NCBI GenBank assembly: GCA_043753995.1
Contig: JAYUVP010000081.1
Location: forward strand, 1 to 33,990
DNA: 33,990 nt
Reading direction: 5' to 3'
From: Fibrobacterota bacterium
GTDB taxonomy: Bacteria; Fibrobacterota; Fibrobacteria; UBA11236
Below the pieces are notes generated by a model, which made no database searches, had not been told where the DNA came from, and worked only from the letters and a program-made list of their open reading frames with translations. The translations under genes and the position numbers were made by a program. Numbering within the stretch: position 1 is the stretch's first letter; each line of letters starts with the position of its first letter. Of this stretch, positions 1 through 7,325 are shown in pieces.

Positions 1-178
1 CGGCATTGATCACAATGACGAAATCGCCGACATCGTGATGCGCGTCGAATTCTTTTTTGTGTTTGCCGGTGAGCAATCGTGCAGCCTGGCTCGCCAAGCG
101 ACCCATGACCTTGCCCTTGGCGTCAATGACCCACCACTTGCGGGCGAGGGTCGTAGGATTTGTGCTGACTGTGGACAT
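1..178 (-). CDS. rplM: 50S ribosomal protein L13, 5' part (runs off the window edge)
   Basis: Not in the ORF track. Manual reverse-strand translation from ATG at 178 gives [59 protein letters not shown], with the L13 motifs W-x-VIDA, GRLAS, GKHK and GDFVIVINA. Confidence 0.96.
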   Translation of the reverse strand, partial: MSTVSTNPTTLARKWWVIDAKGKVMGRLASQAARLLTGKHKKEFDAHHDVGDFVIVINA

Positions 179-208
179 TTCAAACCTATGTTCAGAAGTA
201 AGGACGGG

Positions 209-239
209 CAAAGGTAGTATGCGCGTTTTGGGGCTGCAA
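209..239 (-). promoter_or_regulatory. sigma70-type promoter for rplM
   Basis: Minus strand reads TTGCAG (239-234), 17 nt, TACCTT(TG) (216-209), about 30 nt upstream of the ATG. Confidence 0.65.
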
Positions 240-429
240 GCTCTATAGCCCCCTATTCTAGCGCTTTTTTTTGCCTGAAGAGGCGAAAAGGGCTTCGGGG
301 CGGGGGCTCGGGGGGAGTGGAGGCCGACCTTGCCCAGAATTATCGCGGGCCGAACGAGGGGGCGGAGCCCCTCCCAAACATCGCAAATGGGGAAATACGC
401 CGTTTTTTGCCTTATAAAGAGTGGGACGG

Positions 430-1170
430 TTAATGAATGGCCTTGGCAAAGGCTTGGACCAGGGCGGGGTCGGCGTTTTTTTCGAAATGATTCCCGATGA
501 CTATGGCTTGGGCTCCGGCGGCGACGCGTTCGGCGGCTTGTTCGGGAGTGCGTATGCCTCCACCGACAATGAGGGTGGCGGTGGTGAGGGCGCGTGAGGC
601 GGCGATGAGTTCGAGCGGGACGGGGTTTTGGGCGCCGCTGCCCGCTTCGAGATAGGCCCAGCGCATGCCCAACATTTCGGCGGCGAGCACGTGGGCGGCG
701 GCAATGGCGGGTTTGTCGGCGGGCAGAGGGCGGGTATTGCTTATCCATTCGACGGCGGTGGTTTTGCCGCTTTCGACTAGGAGATAGGCCGTGGGAATGG
801 CTTCGAGTCCGTATTTCTTGACCATGATGGCGCCCTTGACCTGCTCATCGATGAGGTATTGCGGATTGCGTCCGCTGACGAGGCTGGTGAAGAGGATGGC
901 GTCGGGGCCGGGGGTCACATGGCCGCTACCTCCAGGGAACAGAATAATGGGCTTGCCGGTAGCTTTGAGCTCTTTGGCGATGCCAGCGAAATTGGGATTG
1001 CCGATGAAGGAACCGCCCAGTAACAGGGCGTCGGCGCCATTTTCAGCTGCAAGTTTACCTGCCGCGACGATTCGCTCAGGAGTGGTGCTGTCGGGATCAA
1101 GAAGGTTGAAAAAGAGCGCGCGCTTTTGCTTCAAGCCCTCAAGGAGCTGGGTCTCGACTTTGCCGATCAT
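430..1170 (-). CDS. Geranylgeranylglyceryl phosphate synthase family protein (GGGPS/PcrB TIM barrel, group II-like)
   Basis: 246 aa with [44 protein letters not shown] and IVIGN motifs. Confidence 0.92.
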   Translation of the reverse strand: MIGKVETQLLEGLKQKRALFFNLLDPDSTTPERIVAAGKLAAENGADALLLGGSFIGNPNFAGIAKELKATGKPIILFPGGSGHVTPGPDAILFTSLVSGRNPQYLIDEQVKGAIMVKKYGLEAIPTAYLLVESGKTTAVEWISNTRPLPADKPAIAAAHVLAAEMLGMRWAYLEAGSGAQNPVPLELIAASRALTTATLIVGGGIRTPEQAAERVAAGAQAIVIGNHFEKNADPALVQAFAKAIH

Positions 1171-1738
1171 GCTCTTCTTTCGATTAGTGCCGCTGCCGAT
1201 GGATGAGTATCCATTTCCGGGCCACGGGGTTTAGCCCGGGCCGGAGTGGGGGAGAAAATACGATTCGCGGGGAGGTTGTGCCATGGGGTGGGGAAGAAAG
1301 GGTGGGCGAGGGGGGCGTGGACCGAGGATTCAGGCGGGAAGTGGGGTTGCGGGTTTTCGATTGCGTGCCGGTACGCTGCCTTAACCTGGGTCAATTCCAA
1401 ATTGCCAAAGAGCTCAGGGAGCTTGCCGGACAGGGACGCGCGCAGGAAATGCTTATAAGGGTTAGGACGGCCGATATCAGCGAAAACATTGGCACTGATT
1501 TTCTAGTGCTTGATTCGCTCAGGCATGGGCTTCCCGCGACCGTTTCGCGTCCTTGAATTTATTCCGCATGCTTCAGATTTGATTTCGTAGAAGCTGTGCT
1601 CGGCGAACACGGACTTTCGGAAGATTTCCGAGACGGCGTCTCGGAGTTCGCAAACCCTTTCTACTCCATTTGTGCGATGGAATGGCCGACCAGACCCCAA
1701 GGTTCTGCTCGACCACGGTATCCACCCAATTCGCTGGT

Positions 1739-4444
1739 TTACCCCAACACTCGCGCCAAAATCCGATTCGCTTCGTCGAGCACCAGCTGTTCTTTATGAA
1801 CGGCCTTAGACCCGGCCTGGGCGCGATCGGGACGGCCTCCGCCCTTCGCTTCGGCGACGCCAGCTAATTCCTTGATGAGGTCGCCAGCCTTGATCTTCGC
1901 TTGGGCCGTTTTGCCGACCAAGGCAGTCAGGGAAAGATTGCCATCATGTACCGAAGTGAGCAAAGCAATACCGTTTTGCAGCTTGCCTGCCAGCGCATCC
2001 GCCACGGCCTGCAAATTGTCTTTCTCCGCCAAGGATCCGCTGAGCTTGGTCACCAAAACGGTGAAGCCTCCCAGGGTTTTGCCTTGTTCTTGCAAAAGCG
2101 TCGCGGCTTGACCTTGGGCCTTATAGCTGCGCAATTCGGCGACTTCTTTTTCAAGTGCTTTCGCGCGAGCGGCGAGGTCGGCAACCTTTTGATTCTCTTC
2201 GCCGGGCTTGGCTTTGAGCAAGGTGGCGATTTCGCCAAGAGCTGAGAAGCGGGCATTCACGAGTTGCAAAGCGCCAGCTCCGGTGACGGCTTCGATGCGC
2301 CGTACGCCCGAGGCGATAGAGCTTTCGGAAGTGATTTTCAGCAGGCCGATTTGGCCAGTGGCGCGGGCATGGGTGCCGCCGCAAAGTTCCAAACTGACAT
2401 CGCCCATTTGAATGATGCGGACGCGGTCGCCATACTTTTCGCCGAAGAGAGCCATGGCGCCTAAGGCCTTGGCTTCGTCTATGCCCTTCACGGTTTGGCT
2501 GATGCCGTGATCCGCTTGAACATTTTGATTCACCCAGGCTTCAACGCGGGCGATTTCTTCGGGAGACATGGGTTTGAAATGAGTGAAATCGAAGCGCAGG
2601 CCTTCAGGAGCAACTCGCGAGCCTTGTTGCTGCACATGATCGCCGAGCACTTCGCGCAAGGCGGAATGCAAAAGATGGGTGGCGCTGTGATTGCGCATGG
2701 AGGCATCGCGGGATTCGCGATCGACTTCGCCTTTGACCTTGGCCAAGGAGGCGGGCGTGAGAAGACCGGCTACCAATTCGCATTTGTGTAAAACCATGTC
2801 GAACATCTTGATTGTATCGGTAACACGCAGGGTAACGCCTTGACCTTGAATGAGTCCGGTATCGCCGACTTGGCCGCCGCTTTCGGCATAAAAAGGCGTC
2901 TTGGCCGCGACCACTAAAACCGTATCGCCTTCTTCGCGATAGCGCGCAATGGGCATGTCGGCGCTCAAGGTTTCATAACCGACGAATTCAGATTCAAGCC
3001 CTTGGGCAAGAATGGTCCAGCCGTCGTCGCCGGCAATGGCCGCATTGAACTTGGCGGCTCCGCGCGCGCGTTCGCGCTGCTCTTGCATGTGCTTGGCATA
3101 ACCCGCTTCGTCTATGGACAGGCCTTGTTCTTCGGCCAGCAAGCGCGTGAGGTCGGTAGGAAAACCATAGGTATCATACAAGGTGAAGACTTCGGCTCCG
3201 TCTATGGCCGTGAGGTTTTTCGACTTGGTTTCCTGTGCCACCTTGGCGAAGCGATCGAGGCCAGAACCGAGGGTTTTACCGAAGCGCTCCTCTTCGGCGA
3301 GAATGACTTGGGCGATATAATCCTGGCGGGCGCGCAATTCGGAATAGGCGCCGCCCATGTGTTCGGCGAGAGTCGCCACGAGCTTATGCAAGAAAGGTTG
3401 CTTTTGGCCGAGTTCGCGGGCGAAGCGGCTGGCGCGGCGAAGAATACGGCGCAGCACATAGCCACGGCCTTCATTACCGGGCGTGGCACCATCTGCGATA
3501 GCGAAGCTGAGGGCGCGAATGTGATCGGCGATGACGCGATGCGGCGTGCCAGCGACTTCGCGGGAATAGGTCACGCCCGATAGGTCGGCGATTTTCTGAA
3601 TGAGGGGCCCGAAGACATCGGTGTCATAATTACTGCCGCTGCCCTGAATGATGGAGCAAATGCGCTCGAAGCCCATGCCGGTGTCGACATTCTTGTGCTT
3701 GAGCGGCTTGAGTTCGCCGCCGGGGATGCGCTCGAATTGCATGAACACATTGTTCCAGATTTCGATATAGCGGGCATTGGTGCCATTGACGCCTTCGACG
3801 GGATCGGCGAAGGTGGCCGCGCGGGTGGATACATCACCCATGTCGAAATGGATTTCGGAGCAAGGCCCACAGGGACCGACTTCGCCCATTTCCCAGAAAT
3901 TGGACTTGGCACCGAAGCGCATGATGCGATCGTGGCCGATATCGGTATGGTTTTTCCAAATCTCAATCGCTTCGTCATCGTCTTGAAAGACCGTGGCGTA
4001 GAGGCGCTCTTTCGGCAGTTTCCAGACCTCGGTGAGAAGCTCCCAGGACCAGACTATGGCTTCCTTTTTGTAATAGTCGCCGAAAGACCAATTACCGAGC
4101 ATTTCGAAAAAGGTGTGGTGATAGGTGTCACGACCCACTTCGTCGAGATCATTGTGCTTGCCCGATACGCGCAGGCATTTTTGCGAGTTGGCAACACGCT
4201 TCCAGCCTTCGCGATTGTCGCCGAGCAAGGCGGCCTTGAATTGATTCATGCCTGAATTGGTGAAGAGCAAGGTCGGGTCGTCATTAGGCACGACGGGCGC
4301 CGAGGGAATATGGATGTGGGCCTTGGTCTTGAAAAAGTCAATAAAGCCCTGACGGATTTGGTCGCCGGTCAAATAGGGAATGCCGAAGCCCTGCGCTGGA
4401 GCGGCAGGCGAAAGGGTCGAAGCTGAATTGGATGGATTGGACAT
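1739..4444 (-). CDS. alaS: Alanine--tRNA ligase
   Basis: DPTLLFTNSGMNQFK, HHTFFEMLGNWSFGDYYK, DTGMGFER, editing motifs NHSATH and ELCGGTH, C-terminal KGGGRPDRAQAG. ATG 4444 preferred over the TTG at 4468 used by the track. Confidence 0.97.
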   Translation of the reverse strand: MSNPSNSASTLSPAAPAQGFGIPYLTGDQIRQGFIDFFKTKAHIHIPSAPVVPNDDPTLLFTNSGMNQFKAALLGDNREGWKRVANSQKCLRVSGKHNDLDEVGRDTYHHTFFEMLGNWSFGDYYKKEAIVWSWELLTEVWKLPKERLYATVFQDDDEAIEIWKNHTDIGHDRIMRFGAKSNFWEMGEVGPCGPCSEIHFDMGDVSTRAATFADPVEGVNGTNARYIEIWNNVFMQFERIPGGELKPLKHKNVDTGMGFERICSIIQGSGSNYDTDVFGPLIQKIADLSGVTYSREVAGTPHRVIADHIRALSFAIADGATPGNEGRGYVLRRILRRASRFARELGQKQPFLHKLVATLAEHMGGAYSELRARQDYIAQVILAEEERFGKTLGSGLDRFAKVAQETKSKNLTAIDGAEVFTLYDTYGFPTDLTRLLAEEQGLSIDEAGYAKHMQEQRERARGAAKFNAAIAGDDGWTILAQGLESEFVGYETLSADMPIARYREEGDTVLVVAAKTPFYAESGGQVGDTGLIQGQGVTLRVTDTIKMFDMVLHKCELVAGLLTPASLAKVKGEVDRESRDASMRNHSATHLLHSALREVLGDHVQQQGSRVAPEGLRFDFTHFKPMSPEEIARVEAWVNQNVQADHGISQTVKGIDEAKALGAMALFGEKYGDRVRIIQMGDVSLELCGGTHARATGQIGLLKITSESSIASGVRRIEAVTGAGALQLVNARFSALGEIATLLKAKPGEENQKVADLAARAKALEKEVAELRSYKAQGQAATLLQEQGKTLGGFTVLVTKLSGSLAEKDNLQAVADALAGKLQNGIALLTSVHDGNLSLTALVGKTAQAKIKAGDLIKELAGVAEAKGGGRPDRAQAGSKAVHKEQLVLDEANRILARVLG

Positions 4445-4494
4445 GCCGGAATTCCCGTTTTTGAGCAATGCGGCCCTGGTTCTGGCCGGGAGAG

Positions 4495-4502
4495 CAAACT
4501 TA
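4495..4502 (-). promoter_or_regulatory. Candidate -10 element (TAAGTTTG) for alaS
   Basis: TAnnTTTG box about 50 nt upstream of the alaS ATG, the same pattern as at rplM and tRNA-Pro. No convincing -35. Confidence 0.4.
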
Positions 4503-4650
4503 ATTAAGCGGCAAACAGCCTTTTGCGGGACTTGAGTTAAACCCCAAGTTTGAGACAGAAAAAGTGGCTTGACAGCTCTTTTGGAATCGTCTTGCCATGC
4601 TGTAAAATCACTTCAGAGTGGCCCCCCTATCTGGCCCCCCGTGGAGTTTC

Positions 4651-5487
4651 ATGTCCCATTGTTTTGGCTTTTCTCGCCCTGCCCCCGGGTCGTGGGGACA
4701 GCGCGGCATCACTCTCATCGAGCTCATGGTGGCCATGAGCATTACCTCGGTAGTGGCCTTGATGGGCTATGGTTTTTACCGCTATTGGTCAGGCCAAATG
4801 ACGCGGCAGAAAATGGTAGAGGCCCTTCAAAGCCATGCCCGCGAAGCCACGCAATCCATCAACCGCTATCTCGTCTCGAGTGGGGTGGGTGCCGATTCCT
4901 TGTTTTTTGATCCGCATAAGTTGCTCAATGCGACGATTTACAATGGTGGGCACTTGGTCTATGAGGTTTCCAAGGATTCGACCAAGCTCACTTCCTACGG
5001 TAATTTTAGCGGCCAAGTCGCCAATATCAGCCAGCCCATGTTGTTCGTCACCGATCGGGCTGCGATGGTGGACAAGCCCGAGGCCTTGCGAGGCTATTCC
5101 TATGTCTATATCACGGCAGGCTCGGCGCAAGAAGTGGCGAAGGTGGCGTCGATAGACGCGACCGGCAAGGTGCGCTTCACCCATGACACCTGGATACCGT
5201 ATCCCAAGGGGACTCTCATTTTTCCTCTGGAGCGGGTGGTCATCTACGCTCCCGACAAAAGGCATTTGCAAATACGTCGCGAGAGTGCCGACGGAAAACC
5301 TGGCTTTGTGCGCGACTTTCAACCGTCGGGTTATGTCGGCGACTCCCTGTCGTTCCGGGTGACAGGCATCCATCGACTGGCAGGCAAGCTTTCCTATGCG
5401 CTTCGTTTCACCACGCGCACCATGGATCGCTCGCATCAGGTTTTATTGCGCAATGCCGATCAAACCATTTTGGTCAGGGGTTTCTAA
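4651..5487 (+). CDS. PilW/PulJ-like minor type IV pilin
   Basis: Class III signal QRG|ITLIELMVAMSITSVVALMGY with Glu at +5. ATG 4651 is preceded by GTGGAG. The stop overlaps the next start (TAATG). Confidence 0.85.
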   Translation: MSHCFGFSRPAPGSWGQRGITLIELMVAMSITSVVALMGYGFYRYWSGQMTRQKMVEALQSHAREATQSINRYLVSSGVGADSLFFDPHKLLNATIYNGGHLVYEVSKDSTKLTSYGNFSGQVANISQPMLFVTDRAAMVDKPEALRGYSYVYITAGSAQEVAKVASIDATGKVRFTHDTWIPYPKGTLIFPLERVVIYAPDKRHLQIRRESADGKPGFVRDFQPSGYVGDSLSFRVTGIHRLAGKLSYALRFTTRTMDRSHQVLLRNADQTILVRGF

Positions 5488-7325
5488 TGGCTTCCGGCAG
5501 CAAGTTTTCCAGGGATGCGCGACAAAAAGGAGCCGCACTTTTTCTGGTTTTATCCGTGGGGGTGGTCATTGCCCTGGTGCTCTTTGCGGTATTGCGTCAA
5601 AGCGGATGGAATCGCAAGGACAGCGTTATAAAAATGGTGGCTACTAAGGAATTTTATTTGGCCGACGCAGGCTTCAATTGGCTCAAAACTAAAATCACCT
5701 CAGCCAATCGCAGCGGTGGAGCGCAAGCCGTGGACAGCCTATTGGCCGCGGTCAAAGGAGGCGGTTGGCGTTTGATACAATTCGGCACGGAAAAGCAAGG
5801 CTATTTCCGGCTGAAAAGCTATCAGGTGACTCCGCAGCCCTTGTCCGTGGAGATGTCGGTGGAAGGGCGTCGTGACACCAAGGACACTGGTCGCGGTAGT
5901 CCCGAAACCGTAGCCGGCATGGTACGTGTACCGAGCTTGGCCCGCTATGCCCGCTATATCGAAGGCAATAGCACCTTGACCTATAATTCGGGGACTCTGG
6001 TCGATGGCGAAATCCTGGTGGCGGGCGACATCAATTTGGTGAGCTCTCCTGTGCATTTCACCCGGCTGGTATCCACCGGCAGTAAAATCCTCAACCGTAC
6101 CAATGGGCAATACGACTTCGGCTTCAAGGAAGGACAAGTCGACATTCCCACCTTGAATGACGTGCATGTGAATGCCTGGGACAATTTTCCCGCTGGATTT
6201 GTGGACCCTAAAAAAACCTTCGAATTCATGTCGCAAAACGGTGGAATTTATCTGTATGGGCCTGATCCGGGAGGCAACAATCCACCCTGGATTGGATTGA
6301 ATGAGGCGAAGGCCTGTTCCCAATCACAAAGCGGTCCCTGTGACACCCTTTTCACCACCTGCTTCGACACTCTCAGCCTTTCGCGCCGGTCGCCAACGGT
6401 CGTGCTTGGATCGGCGGTGGCGTTGGATTTGAGCTCGATTTCGCTCAGCGGCGGTAAGGTCAGCGTGACGGTGAGTCCGGTGGTTTATGATGCCGGTCCC
6501 GACGGTAAGAATTATTTCGTGTTGGGTAAGCCGTCGCGTACGTATACCCGCAATTACAATACCTTCAAGAACAATGCGGTGATCTATTTCCCAGGCGACG
6601 TCTATATCACCGGGCAATTGTACAAGGTGCCGGTCACCATCGTGGCGGGGGACGACGTTTTTCTCTATGGGGGTTGGGTCGGCCCTAAAAGTACCGAAGT
6701 GGATGCCAACAATATGCCGGTGACACTCGGCATCATCGCCCAAGATCGCATTTTCATTCACGAGGCTGCCCCGCGCGAAATCACTTTACGTGCCGCCATG
6801 CTCGCCGAAAATGATGAAATCACTTATAACCAAAACAATCGTGGACCCTCCTGGAAATACGGCTATGTCTGCACACGCGAGATTTATGCCCCTGCCCGCA
6901 TGCCCAAACCAAATGAAGTCATCGATTACAAGTCCTATTTCAAGCAAAACTTCATTTGGGACAATCATCGCGTGGAGTTTTCAGGTGTGGGTCGCGAACC
7001 CGACGAAGAATGCATCACGGCTACGAATTGCCCCAATTCGAGCTTGAATGATTTCGGTTTCATCGCCCTTGGATATCCACGCCCGGCGGGGACAAATTGG
7101 AGTCTGAAATTTGAAGGTGCCCTCATCACGCGTCAGCCAGGCTCCAAAGGTCCTAGCAATTCTTGCAATATGGGTTGGGACTGCGACAGCGATCCCAAGC
7201 GATCGACTTGGCGCTATGACGACAATCTAGGCGTGGCCTATCCACCCAAGTTTCCCGCTCCAGTCGTGAATGATCGCAATCCCACCCAAGTGCTGGGCTA
7301 TAAGCGAAAAGGTGGATTCAAATGA
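5487..7325 (+). CDS. Large PilX/PulK-like minor pilin (612 aa) with a beta-rich C-terminal region
   Basis: RQKG|AALFLVLSVGVVIALVLFAVL lacks Glu+5, as is typical of PilX/GspK. A 'FYLADAGFNW' helix resembles the PilX N-terminal motif. Repeated GDVYI/GDDVF/LGIIA strands; 8 Cys. Confidence 0.8.
   Translation: MASGSKFSRDARQKGAALFLVLSVGVVIALVLFAVLRQSGWNRKDSVIKMVATKEFYLADAGFNWLKTKITSANRSGGAQAVDSLLAAVKGGGWRLIQFGTEKQGYFRLKSYQVTPQPLSVEMSVEGRRDTKDTGRGSPETVAGMVRVPSLARYARYIEGNSTLTYNSGTLVDGEILVAGDINLVSSPVHFTRLVSTGSKILNRTNGQYDFGFKEGQVDIPTLNDVHVNAWDNFPAGFVDPKKTFEFMSQNGGIYLYGPDPGGNNPPWIGLNEAKACSQSQSGPCDTLFTTCFDTLSLSRRSPTVVLGSAVALDLSSISLSGGKVSVTVSPVVYDAGPDGKNYFVLGKPSRTYTRNYNTFKNNAVIYFPGDVYITGQLYKVPVTIVAGDDVFLYGGWVGPKSTEVDANNMPVTLGIIAQDRIFIHEAAPREITLRAAMLAENDEITYNQNNRGPSWKYGYVCTREIYAPARMPKPNEVIDYKSYFKQNFIWDNHRVEFSGVGREPDEECITATNCPNSSLNDFGFIALGYPRPAGTNWSLKFEGALITRQPGSKGPSNSCNMGWDCDSDPKRSTWRYDDNLGVAYPPKFPAPVVNDRNPTQVLGYKRKGGFK

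Noticed and set aside
1489..1512. TTGGCACTG-ATTTTC-TAGTGCTTG resembling CIRCE or a sigma54 box
   Set aside because: The GCACT/AGTGC arms are 8 nt apart rather than the 11 required for CIRCE, and the -12 position reads TTCT rather than TTGC.
1630..1642. Back-to-back BsmBI/Esp3I sites (GAGACG-G-CGTCTC) suggesting a cloning scar
   Set aside because: The palindrome extends beyond the sites and there is no vector, marker or other synthetic sequence, so a natural dyad is more parsimonious.
1167..1700. Short ORFs 1167-1400, 1203-1556 and 1503-1700 in the alaS-GGGPS gap
   Set aside because: Low-complexity or atypical composition, non-ATG or SD-less starts, mutually overlapping, no recognisable motifs.
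4569..4608. Promoter candidates for the pilin cluster (TTGACA at 4569, TGGAAT..TTGC at 4582-4595, TAAAAT at 4603)
   Set aside because: TTGACA is 28 nt from TAAAAT, and the sigma54-like GG-GC spacing is 9 rather than 10. No self-consistent promoter could be assigned.
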